Counted from the stretch's first letter, positions 18,769-27,634 are shown. The stretch: 27,634 nt of DNA from a bacterium (GCA_049472335.1 JBLIRO010000067.1:1-27634); one strand, 5' to 3'. The notes: generated by a model from the letters alone, not told the origin. A program made the numbers and translations.

Positions 18769-18784
18769 TGCAATTTTCATTCCA
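18769..18784 (-). promoter_or_regulatory. sigma54-type -24/-12 motif
   Basis: TGGAATGAAAATTGCA, i.e. GG-N10-GC with TTGCA, about 190 nt upstream of the Gly-rich gene. Confidence 0.5.
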
Positions 18785-18835
18785 AACTACTTAGATGCTT
18801 CTTTATATTCAAGATCCATATCTCACTCAAATCCT

Positions 18836-20140
18836 CTAGAAATGATAAATTCCTGATAAAAGGACCATATGTTGTTTCCTGTCTTCAAATAGACCGTACT
18901 TCCAATTTGCCCAACCTGTCTCTGAATCGGGCACATCATACCTAACCCTGTATTGGTATGCAAAGTCCAGAATCAGATCTCCAATGCTTAGACCTGAGCC
19001 GAAACTGAGACCGTATTCACTATGGGGGCTCTCTATTGAAGGCACGGGATCGTAAAAAATCCCTGCACGAACGGGGATAACCGTACTTTCCAGGATTTTC
19101 AGAAACTCAATACCGAGTCTGAATGCATATGTGGGATCTATCTCCGGGAATTCAATGGGACTATGATCATTAGGATCAGTATTATACATTGTAAACAGCC
19201 CGAAATCGTCCCCATCACTATTACGCCAGACTAACTCATCCCAGTCCTTTCGCGTAACATCAAAAGACAAAGACCATGCATCCGAGAACCGATAAGACAC
19301 CCCAACGGCATAAGTGGGTGGAATTTTGATAGATTCGAGCTTGCCATAAAAATCTCCAGAAATATTAGCAGTATTTTGATTATTAAAATACAAATAATTG
19401 AATCTGCCCCGAAATGGGGTCTTATAGACAGCGCCTAATGTCCATTTCGGGGTTAGCCTATAAAAGATGCCTAAATTGGCATTTACCCCCCTGAAATCTC
19501 TAAACTCTTCTCTTATTATTTGCTTACTATTGGAATTATAATATGTATTTTTCCATTCGCTTTTTTGAGTCCATTCATTGGACCAAACATTTAATGTAAA
19601 TCCCAAAAACAGGTTTTCTGCAGCCTGTATGGCAAATGCCGGTGAAAGAGTATAAAGCGACCCTTTTGAATTAAATTCATCCCCCAGGAAGCTCGCTTCT
19701 GTATGGAAATCATACAATCTCTGATAATTTAGGGAAAGGACAAAATTTCTCCTGAATACACCAAAAGGATAGGCCATGCTGAAATAATTGAGGTCCCAGA
19801 CAGTGTTTTTATCCTCAATTTCCAATCCTCCGGATATATATCTCCTTTCCGTATTTCTTTCGTAAGAAAAAACAGCAGAGACCTCCGGTTTCTGAAGCTG
19901 TATCAACCCGGCAGGATTCCAGGATGCAGCAGTGGCGTCGTCAGCCACAGCCACAAATGCGCCTCCCATACCCATAGCCCTTGCGCCCGAACCAACCGGA
20001 TTTGGGGGCGAGGAAATACTAAATGGCTCAACCTGGGCATAAATACTGACATTAAAAAAAAGGATCAAGGCAAGACAAATACATCCTGCAAAGATAGCTG
20101 TTGCTAAATTAATTCCTTTTTTTTCAAGCAGATATCTCAT
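18836..20140 (-). CDS. OmpP1/FadL-family outer-membrane beta-barrel
   Basis: Signal peptide (IYA|Q), GARAMGMGGAFVAVADDATAASWNPAGL hatch motif, alternating beta-strands, C-terminal YHF. Confidence 0.88.
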   Translation of the reverse strand: MRYLLEKKGINLATAIFAGCICLALILFFNVSIYAQVEPFSISSPPNPVGSGARAMGMGGAFVAVADDATAASWNPAGLIQLQKPEVSAVFSYERNTERRYISGGLEIEDKNTVWDLNYFSMAYPFGVFRRNFVLSLNYQRLYDFHTEASFLGDEFNSKGSLYTLSPAFAIQAAENLFLGFTLNVWSNEWTQKSEWKNTYYNSNSKQIIREEFRDFRGVNANLGIFYRLTPKWTLGAVYKTPFRGRFNYLYFNNQNTANISGDFYGKLESIKIPPTYAVGVSYRFSDAWSLSFDVTRKDWDELVWRNSDGDDFGLFTMYNTDPNDHSPIEFPEIDPTYAFRLGIEFLKILESTVIPVRAGIFYDPVPSIESPHSEYGLSFGSGLSIGDLILDFAYQYRVRYDVPDSETGWANWKYGLFEDRKQHMVLLSGIYHF

Positions 20141-20226
20141 GGACAATCCTTATCTTTATTATAATTATAAATCCTTTTTGCTATTACCTATTATAGGTTA
20201 AAAATAATGCATTATAAAACTTAACA

Positions 20227-22278
20227 TTACTTCGTGATCACACGATCATCTACCTCGATTTGATTATCGCCCTTGTCCGAGGTCAATGTTGCTTCTGAAC
20301 TGGATTTATATATCTTTTTGATACGACCCTCTCCAAGTATGTTGATTTTTCTTTCCAGTATCCTTTCAGAGCCTGTCAGCTTAACCGGCTCTCCTTCTCT
20401 AAAAAAGATCACCTTCATATATGGCAAAAGATGGTCTTTTTCTCCAAGATCGATCCGAATAGCGTCCTTGCTTATATCCACTATATGACCTTCCAATAAT
20501 GGAAATGCCTGCTTAAATTTAAAAGATAATCCTTCCGTTAAGCGGTTCACATCCCTGATAGACTGAACAGGCCCAAACACCTCTTCAGAATCCAATACAA
20601 CACTAGTTTCAGTGTCAACAGCCCTGGCTATAATTTCCAGGTAGTCATCAAAATAATAGGCACTTCCCACTATGACTCCTTCTGCGGTTACAAGACGTCC
20701 CAATTCTATCCAGGAAGAATTATCATCTTCGCCCTCAGTTTTTCTATTTAATAGCCCGTCAATTTTCTCTCTATCCACAAGTTGAAAACGCGCCTGTTCA
20801 GTAAAATATTGAATGAGTGTATCATATACCAAATCTTTTATTTCGCTTTTTTCGCCGCGATATTTAAAAGGCAGTATTGCCAGATTCAGGCGTGATCCTA
20901 TTTTGCGGGCATCATTAAGCTTTCTTACAATATTGAGTGTTTTCGTTTCTAATTTGCCGGATATCCCTTCAGCCTCAATTGTTATTAAATTTTCTCCTTC
21001 TTCGAGCGGAACAAGAAAATTGAAAAATACGAGTTTTGCAGTTCTGGTGATGAGTGGATTACCGTTTATTTTTATAGAGCTCACTCCTTCAGAGTCCCTT
21101 ACTTCCCCTTCGAGAAAACATTCCTCCCAATCCACTGTCAGATTGTCAGGCAGGTCTTTCAATCTGATTATCGGCCCGGATTTATTATGCTCTTTTGAAT
21201 AAGCCAATCTGGTAACAATCGGAGACAAAATCCCTTCGGGATTTTCTCCGGAAAAGGCCAGTCTTGGGAAATTTACATCATTTGTCATTCCAAGGACCTC
21301 CGAAATTTGCATCTTTCCGGATGTACTATTTCCCAATCCGTCCACTGCCTGAAATAGAAGTGGTTGAACCAAATCAGGTAAATGCAGATTTACAGAAAAC
21401 TCACCTCCTTTGATCCCCGGAAGATCTACACTAAGTCCGTTTAACCAGAATCCAGCTATTCCGCTAAGATCGGAAATATAACCCTCGATACTATATCCCT
21501 GACCTGATAACTCTTTAATAACCTTATCGATATAGATCATGGGCGCCTCCTGATCACACCATGCAACTATCTCCTCCCGGGTTCTTCTGCCAACCAGATC
21601 CGCCGCCTCCACCGTTATCCTGTTTTCACCCCTGCCGAGTTTGATATCCTTATTAAAAATAATACTGGGGCTTGAGAGCTCAATGGGGACCTCCTGTTTA
21701 TTGACAAAAACAGATTCGACATAATTATCATCCATTGCTTCTCCGGAAACCGTCAGGGAGGAAAACCTTGTCAAGTACCCGCTTTTTGGAAACGCGATAT
21801 AAACCTTGGGAGCCTGCCGATCTTTCCCGGCCTCCTTCAAAAAACCCCGCCTTGCCTGATTAAGGAAATATTTGGCCTTGGCAGACTCAAACTGGCTTAA
21901 AGAAATCTCGAGTTCGGTTATCGCATCCTTAAATCTGTTCTGTTGATAATAAATAATTCCAAGTTCACGATGGGGAAAATAATCATCAAGGATATGCAAG
22001 CCATAAGTTCTGGCCCTTCTTTGGTCAGCCGATCTCCTTTCTATAGCTTCCTTAAGGTCTCTAATGGCATAATCCCAATAGGCACCTTGGGCATAGGAAA
22101 GTCCTCGTTGATAATAGTTCCACCACTGCCCCCCCCATTGCCCTTCCGTTTTTCCATAAAATTTACCACCCTTCTGAAAAACCGGACTTGGAGGCACAGC
22201 ACATTGAACGCCTAATAGAAAGATGATAGATAATAATATAGAAAGGAGAAATCGATTTGCATTATATTTTGCCTTCAT
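20227..22278 (-). CDS. Putative lipoprotein: TPRs, about three Ig-like domains, and a CsgG-like plus FlgT-C-like C-terminus
   Basis: Hydrophobic signal ending GVQC; TPR helices (YYQRGLSY, HRELGIIYYQ); Ig-like repeats (GENRITVEAAD, GENLITIEAE); LAILPF...RFQLVDREKID...LGRLVTAEGVIVGS...ARAVDTETS; AFPLLEGHIV...IDLG. Confidence 0.8.
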   Translation of the reverse strand: MKAKYNANRFLLSILLSIIFLLGVQCAVPPSPVFQKGGKFYGKTEGQWGGQWWNYYQRGLSYAQGAYWDYAIRDLKEAIERRSADQRRARTYGLHILDDYFPHRELGIIYYQQNRFKDAITELEISLSQFESAKAKYFLNQARRGFLKEAGKDRQAPKVYIAFPKSGYLTRFSSLTVSGEAMDDNYVESVFVNKQEVPIELSSPSIIFNKDIKLGRGENRITVEAADLVGRRTREEIVAWCDQEAPMIYIDKVIKELSGQGYSIEGYISDLSGIAGFWLNGLSVDLPGIKGGEFSVNLHLPDLVQPLLFQAVDGLGNSTSGKMQISEVLGMTNDVNFPRLAFSGENPEGILSPIVTRLAYSKEHNKSGPIIRLKDLPDNLTVDWEECFLEGEVRDSEGVSSIKINGNPLITRTAKLVFFNFLVPLEEGENLITIEAEGISGKLETKTLNIVRKLNDARKIGSRLNLAILPFKYRGEKSEIKDLVYDTLIQYFTEQARFQLVDREKIDGLLNRKTEGEDDNSSWIELGRLVTAEGVIVGSAYYFDDYLEIIARAVDTETSVVLDSEEVFGPVQSIRDVNRLTEGLSFKFKQAFPLLEGHIVDISKDAIRIDLGEKDHLLPYMKVIFFREGEPVKLTGSERILERKINILGEGRIKKIYKSSSEATLTSDKGDNQIEVDDRVITK

Positions 22279-22318
22279 TTCATCTTTATATCCAAATTAT
22301 CGTGAATGCCTTGACAGC

Positions 22319-24529
22319 TTAAATATTTAATACGGAAACCTTCATACCGGGACTCAGATCTTCTGAACGATCCAGTACTTCCACAAAACAGAAATCCTCT
22401 TTGACTTCCGTAACTAATAATGAAGCTACAGATACCTTGTCTTTCGCGATAGCATCTCCTACTGAATCCAATATTTCTATTTCTTTAAAGGCATAAAATT
22501 TCATCCCCTTTTCTACACCTTCTCTGTAGCCAATATTGAGCATAATCTTTTTATCATTAAAATAGTGTTTTATTCTGCCTTGAATTGGAAAGGCCTGCTC
22601 TATAGCATTCAGGAGCTTTTTTACAAGCCCTTCTGTTACTTCATCAAGGCTCTCCAGGTCAGCCCATCTCTCAGATATAGCTGCCTCCACCCGCGAAGTT
22701 TCACTGGCAATAATCCGGAGATTTATCTGCCAGGTGTTTTCAAAACGGTTGATGCTACAAATACTAAAAAGATTACCTGCCACTATCTGCCCTAATCTTA
22801 GGCCATGGTCAGGGTCCGCTAATGGGGAGGATCCCAAATCCAGCTCCTTGAGCAAAGTGTCCAAATATTCTCTTTCTAATATCGTAATCCGTGAGTCTTG
22901 CCCTAATAAGGCCATTAATTTATGGATTAAACGATCCGCTTCAGCATTGATCCTTGCTTCCTTTGAGTCGCTCGAATTTCTGGCGACAAAGAAAAACGCG
23001 ACAGGTCTCGATGTCCATTGATCTCTTTCTTCAGCGGATTGAGTGTTCTCCCTGTGATATTTTTTAACCAGGCCCTGAAAAAAATCCGCCATCTGATCAT
23101 CCGAAGCTATGCCAGCCTTAACAAGTTCGCCTAATTGATCCAGATTCTCTGCTCCGGGGCCAGGGGCTTCAATGGTATCTATCGATTTATTATGATTTAT
23201 TCTTATCTTATATTGCATAATACCAAAGACAAGAAAGATACCCAATACGATTCCTCCGATGGAAAAGAAAAGCCTCTTTGAAAATCCTTTCTTTTTTGGG
23301 GAGGAATCCTTTTGTTGTCCGTTTCTTAAACGCCACCCATAAACATTATTATCATCCTTGGAAGCCGATCTTGTATGCAATCCATTTTTCTGAATATAGA
23401 CCTCCTGGTACTTTTGAGCCTGTGTCGAAGCGACACCAGAGGCCGCAAGAAGGTTTTCTTCCTCATCTTCTCCATGTTCTTTAGGAAAGTATCGAACACC
23501 GGGGTCTCCATATAAAAGATAACTGGCCCAGAGGATATTTCCCTCCCCATAACTTCCGCGGAGCCCCAGCCTGGCAGATCTCATGGATTCCCCTACTGAG
23601 GCACCTTTCAAAAGATGGCCATAAAATTCCAACGCAAAATTTGTACTGGGCTCATCCAATACCTTCCAAAATGTACCTATATAGTGTTGTACTCCCGAAA
23701 GAAGAAATGCATTTGCCAATCCATAGATTTTTTCCTCCCCTTCTTCATCAACCCTCCACTCCTCTGTTTGGCCGGATTGACAGGCGTTGGAAAAAACCAT
23801 CCAAGGCAAGGGATTGCTGCCTCCCATCTTTCTGATATCCAAGGTAGTGAATTTACCATCTTCAAGCAGCCAGCCACTCTGGCTCGGATTCTTCAGGTCA
23901 TAATCAGCATGGCCGGCATAATGAATAAGGTCAAAATTAAACAGACGTTTTTTGATAAAATCTCTGCTTACCTCGCTTGTAACAAGGGTAACCTTGACAT
24001 CTTCTGTCTGAAGCTGATCCCGAATTCTCTTTCCCTCTTCATAAGAAGCTTTAAGGTCGCTTCGGGGATCGGCAATTATTAAAATCCTGAACGGAAAACT
24101 AGGCCTTGTCTCCATTCTTTTTGCCACAATTTGCTGTGTCTTGACCATTCGGCCTATGTTAAATTTCTCGCAAAGAAAATGCTGACCATCAAAAAGAAGT
24201 TCCCATGGAACATGCACCAAGGTATTATCAATCCTTAAGATCAGGTCAGAAGGAGGACATTCATATAATTGTGACTTGATGGACAGGGGAAATATTTCAT
24301 TATAAAGGACCCTTCCCATCTGTTGCATCTCTTCTATTACAGATGTCGGTATCGCGCCCCTTCGAGAAACCATATTCAAAAGGTGCATCAGCTCATTGCA
24401 CCTTCTGCCCAATTCTTCCGGTGAAACAGGTGATTCCTCATAATGGGTAAGGGTCTGCTCACCTTTGGAAAGGCTGGTTTCGAGATGGGGTCCCTTTCTT
24501 ATAATCTCTAAATAGATTGCCTGTTTCAT
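22319..24529 (-). CDS. Single-pass membrane CHAT (caspase-like) protease with a periplasmic CsgG-like/FlgT-C-like domain
   Basis: VPWELLFDG..FL, ILIIADP..DL, IHYAGHA (about H207), VFSNACQS (about C250), GLANAFLLSGVQHYIGTFWKV, WASYLLYGDP. TM helix at about aa 420-438 after KKKGFSKR. C-terminus has ILEREYLDTLLKELDLG...LGQIVAG...LRIIASETS and AFPIQGRI...LNIG. Confidence 0.9.
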   Translation of the reverse strand: MKQAIYLEIIRKGPHLETSLSKGEQTLTHYEESPVSPEELGRRCNELMHLLNMVSRRGAIPTSVIEEMQQMGRVLYNEIFPLSIKSQLYECPPSDLILRIDNTLVHVPWELLFDGQHFLCEKFNIGRMVKTQQIVAKRMETRPSFPFRILIIADPRSDLKASYEEGKRIRDQLQTEDVKVTLVTSEVSRDFIKKRLFNFDLIHYAGHADYDLKNPSQSGWLLEDGKFTTLDIRKMGGSNPLPWMVFSNACQSGQTEEWRVDEEGEEKIYGLANAFLLSGVQHYIGTFWKVLDEPSTNFALEFYGHLLKGASVGESMRSARLGLRGSYGEGNILWASYLLYGDPGVRYFPKEHGEDEEENLLAASGVASTQAQKYQEVYIQKNGLHTRSASKDDNNVYGWRLRNGQQKDSSPKKKGFSKRLFFSIGGIVLGIFLVFGIMQYKIRINHNKSIDTIEAPGPGAENLDQLGELVKAGIASDDQMADFFQGLVKKYHRENTQSAEERDQWTSRPVAFFFVARNSSDSKEARINAEADRLIHKLMALLGQDSRITILEREYLDTLLKELDLGSSPLADPDHGLRLGQIVAGNLFSICSINRFENTWQINLRIIASETSRVEAAISERWADLESLDEVTEGLVKKLLNAIEQAFPIQGRIKHYFNDKKIMLNIGYREGVEKGMKFYAFKEIEILDSVGDAIAKDKVSVASLLVTEVKEDFCFVEVLDRSEDLSPGMKVSVLNI

Positions 24530-24618
24530 AGAGATCTTATCCTTAATTTAATTATATCTTTTTTGTTATTAAATTGGAATTTATTAGTCATCAAAAGAGT
24601 AAACCTTCGTTCAGATAT

Positions 24619-25329
24619 TTATTCTTCCCTTAAATCAAGGCTTACAGTGCCAATCTCATGACCTTCTTGGATAATTTTAATCATATATTTTTTAAGCTTG
24701 ATATAAAAGACGGCTTCGCTATCATCCACAGAATTCAATTCTCTCCCCAAAGAAGATAGGATTAGCCTCATATTGGAAGGTGCCATTTGGGTTTGTGTAT
24801 CAATGGTGTTAATCATCAGTTTATAAGATCCGTTTATTCGTTCAATCTGAGTATTTACAGTAATATTGCCAAATGGCTTTTTAACCTCGACATAATCGGT
24901 TTTCTTGCTCAATTCGGCTTCCCTGTTTCCCCTTACAGGCTCCAGAACAGGCAGAGGGGAAAGAATGGTTCCGCTGGTCCTTATAATACGTATAGTGTCT
25001 TTTGCAAATCCAAGAATCAATTCCAGGTAATTGGCCCTGGATTCAGAAATAAGATCTCTCACTCGATCCATGGTCCTTTGAGGAACCGGCAAATCCGCTT
25101 CTGACTTCATGGCCCGCAATATCATCATTCTATCGAAGCACACAGAGCAGACAGAGAGATGAGCCTCTAACTTCTTAATCAAATCCGGAGGAGATTTGTG
25201 ATCAAGATAGTCTTCTAAAATCTCTTCATGAATACAGTCTCGATTGGGGTAAGAAGGGATCGAATCCTCCTGTTTCGTTCTCTGAACCCCGGCAATCAAA
25301 GCATCTAACTTATCAAGCTCATTGTTCAT
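24619..25329 (-). CDS. Zinc-finger (zf-HC2/ZAS) anti-sigma factor, apparently soluble (236 aa)
   Basis: C..EEILEDYLD...EAHLSVCSVC (HxxxCxxC); follows the ECF gene; no TM segment visible; GGAG RBS before ATG 25329. Confidence 0.82.
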   Translation of the reverse strand: MNNELDKLDALIAGVQRTKQEDSIPSYPNRDCIHEEILEDYLDHKSPPDLIKKLEAHLSVCSVCFDRMMILRAMKSEADLPVPQRTMDRVRDLISESRANYLELILGFAKDTIRIIRTSGTILSPLPVLEPVRGNREAELSKKTDYVEVKKPFGNITVNTQIERINGSYKLMINTIDTQTQMAPSNMRLILSSLGRELNSVDDSEAVFYIKLKKYMIKIIQEGHEIGTVSLDLREE

Positions 25330-25570
25330 TGGGTCTCTCCAAAAGGAATACAGAATCAAAGCCTAAATGAAAACTCGGACTTCGTACAATATTCCGTTAA
25401 TTTAATTGAATTTTTAAAACTTTGCCAAAACTTACAAAACCTTATATAAAAGGCTCCATAAAAGCCCTTACCTAACCAATCAATCTTTAAACTTATAAAC
25501 ATACATTTTCCTCACAGTAGTTTTAAAAATAAGCCTAAACATCATGTAGTTTCAAATGTATAGACGTAAC

Positions 25571-26194
25571 TTATCCGGAATCACTTATGAATTTTTTAAG
25601 CTCATGATATAAATTCTTCTTCTTTGCTATTTTAATAAGATTATTGATCATTCTAAATTTCAATTGATGAACCGCATTAAGTTTCAGATCCATAATCTCG
25701 GCAATTTCCGACAAATCATAACCTTCTTCATAAACCAAGTTAAACAGGTATTTGTGCCTTTCAGGAAGCTCCTCTTTGAGGATTACGATTATCTCCTTGA
25801 GCTCTCTGCGATCAAAGCCCTCATATTTATCATCGTCCGAAATCCGATATTGAATCTGCTCCAATTCCAGAAAATTCTTCTGCTCTCTCAAAAAATCTAT
25901 GGAGATATGAAAGCTGATTTCCCTGAGATATGCTCCAAAGGAACGTTCATTCTGGCCCCTGAAATTTTTTAACCGCCTGCATTTTTTGTCTAAAAGGGCC
26001 AAAAAGATCCGATTAAATATCTCATCGGCTTCGTCATTATGAAAAAAATAATTATATCTCTTTAATGTCCTCAAGATATAGTTATATATAAGACTTCCAT
26101 ATTTCTCCACAAAAGTATCCCATGCATCCTTATCTTTATTGGTGCATTTATCCAAAAATTCAAGAAAATCCATGTCTGGTTGCGAAGTGTTCAT
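25571..26194 (-). CDS. ECF sigma-70 factor (207 aa)
   Basis: DKDAWDTFVEKYGSLIYNYI and SFGAYLREISFHISIDFLR (region 2); LPERHKYLFNLVYEEGYDLSEIAEIMDLKLNAVHQLKFR (region 4); GGAGG RBS before ATG 26194. Confidence 0.9.
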   Translation of the reverse strand: MNTSQPDMDFLEFLDKCTNKDKDAWDTFVEKYGSLIYNYILRTLKRYNYFFHNDEADEIFNRIFLALLDKKCRRLKNFRGQNERSFGAYLREISFHISIDFLREQKNFLELEQIQYRISDDDKYEGFDRRELKEIIVILKEELPERHKYLFNLVYEEGYDLSEIAEIMDLKLNAVHQLKFRMINNLIKIAKKKNLYHELKKFISDSG

Positions 26195-26229
26195 TAAAAC
26201 CTCCAAATTAATTAAAATAGTACTACTAA

Positions 26230-26257
26230 ATTATATCATAATAAGTATTTTATTCAA
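26230..26257 (-). promoter_or_regulatory. sigma70-like promoter of the ECF gene
   Basis: TTGAAT-N16-TATAAT with an extended -10 (TGA-TATAAT), 36 nt upstream of the ATG. Confidence 0.55.
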
Positions 26258-26581
26258 TTTTGCTCTGATTTTGTCCAGATATCACAATTATGACTATTGT
26301 GTTAACGGGCTGCGGGGTCTGACCCACCCTCATTTAATTTTAATATATTTTTGTCTCATTAAACTAAATCTAAATCATTAAAAAAAGGCCAAGCCCTAAT
26401 AGAATTGCTTGCAAATTAAGGATTTTTCTTTCTTGAAAAAAAATTTTTACCCTGATAGAATATATATTATTATCACATTAAAAATTTATATTCTTTATAA
26501 AAATAATAATTATGATTTATGTTTCAAAACAATAAACCAAACATCATCAGAGGGAATAATACTAAATTTATATTTCCTAAC

Positions 26582-26688
26582 GAGACTGTCAAAAACCCCC
26601 TTTTTTGCAAATTTTCAAAAATCCTAATCAATAAAATCAAAACGTTAGAGATACTAAAATTCTAAATTTTGACTTTTTCGATAGTCTC
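26582..26688. mobile_element. 107-bp MITE-like element
   Basis: Terminal inverted repeats GAGACTGTCAAAAA / GAGACTATCGAAAA (12 of 14 match); AAC directly repeated on both flanks (26579-81 and 26689-91); no ORF. Confidence 0.55.
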
Positions 26689-27183
26689 AACGAGTATCAA
26701 GCGAAGAAATGCTGAGTGGATTAATAATAAAGTATTTGTCATACTAAATTTATACCTTGAATTTGATTTTGTATGTTTCCTGTGATATCCAACTACAAGA
26801 AGTTTTTATCCTCAAATCGCCTGTTCCATCAGGATTATGTGAAGATTTTACTTCTCAAATTCTCACGATTCTATCGAAAATCACATAGAAACCTAATTCT
26901 TTTGCGGCATCTCTTTCCGGCATTGCCAATGTTATAGACGCTCAATTTAGTTTATGCGTTTTTTATAAAATAATATTTTCATGATCTTTAGCAACGTTGA
27001 ATGATATTTACCCAAAAAAATTCCTCTATATATTAAAGCCCTTTTTTTTATATACAAGGATAAAAAGTTAAAATTACAAGCAGTATAAAAGTCATTCGTA
27101 TGACACCTATTTTTAATCAAATATTTTGAACAAAACCCATCTGGAAAATATTTTTCATTGATTATTTATGAAAGGAGTAAAAA

Positions 27184-27604
27184 ATGAAAGCATCTAAATG
27201 GTTGGCAATAATTTTTTTCATATCAATAATGCTTATACCCCTATCAGGAAATTGCCAAAAAGGATTTTCACTCGCAGAACGGGTTACGGACCTAGAATTG
27301 GACTGATCCAGAAACTCATGAATTCTGTTTCACAACAGTAGTAAGAAATCTTGGACCAACTCGAGTGTATGATGTTGATATCCTAGTAGAAATTGAATGT
27401 TGTTTGGGGAAAGCACCAGAATATTCTTACACTGTTCTTTTTGTCCATGAATATACTCATTTTCCCATTACTGAATGTTTAGACTCAGGTGAGAAATGTT
27501 ATGGAGTTAAGAGTATAAAATTTACAGCGGATCCATCAAACCTTATCAAAGAATATAGTGAAGAAAACAATTCTTGTAAAATGAATTTTTCTTGTAATAA
27601 TTAA
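27184..27604 (+). pseudogene. Frameshifted gene for a small secreted CARDB-like protein
   Basis: AAGGAG RBS, ATG 27184 and signal peptide MKASKWLAIIFFISIMLIPL; stop at 27304-27306. The +1 frame from 27299 continues WTDPETHEFCFTTVVRNLGP...ADPSNLIKEYSEENN, which are CARDB motifs. Confidence 0.7.
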
Positions 27605-27634
27605 TCTAAGATGATATTTAGGGTTTTTAGTTTT

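Noticed and set aside
24586..24613. ECF-type promoter (TGAAC...GACT) upstream of the CHAT gene
   Set aside because: The spacing is atypical and I found no convincing second copy in the window.
26314..26325. GGGGTCTGACCC REP-like palindrome
   Set aside because: Single short copy with no associated transposase.
26139..26627. Short plus-strand ORFs in the AT-rich gap
   Set aside because: Low-complexity composition typical of chance ORFs, with no RBS.
26750..26923. Minus-strand 58-codon frame with one in-frame TGA (possible selenoprotein or pseudogene)
   Set aside because: No RBS, no recognisable family and no evident SECIS-like hairpin.

Overview
Bacterial DNA, AT-rich in its intergenic regions, from a diderm organism with deltaproteobacterium-like gene content (inference). 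Almost all genes are on the minus strand. Left end (1-1104): a decayed integron. It comprises the 5' part of a group II intron inserted into a probable attC site, one tiny candidate cassette, an attI-like site with a leftward promoter, and a frameshifted, truncated intI fragment fused to a second recombinase fragment. Middle: mostly housekeeping genes, namely xerD, an MBL-fold hydrolase, dtd, ogt, an Ldh_2 oxidoreductase, a Na+-type hppA, the TPR/LolB-like/ispE/spoVG/tRNA-Gln/prs/rplY/pth cluster and a B12 radical SAM gene. Two unusual low-complexity secreted-protein genes lie among them, each preceded by a sigma54-type motif. Right (18836-26194) is the best candidate for a new system: five co-oriented genes encoding an ECF sigma factor, a soluble zinc-finger anti-sigma, a membrane-anchored CHAT (caspase-like) protease with an intact His/Cys dyad and a periplasmic CsgG/FlgT-like domain, a TPR/Ig lipoprotein with a homologous periplasmic domain, and a FadL/OmpP1-type outer-membrane barrel. 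It looks like a trans-envelope, caspase-triggered sigma-release pathway, with no CRISPR component visible in this window. The far right has a MITE-like element and a frameshifted CARDB-protein gene. All family calls come from motif recognition by eye; no searches were run.
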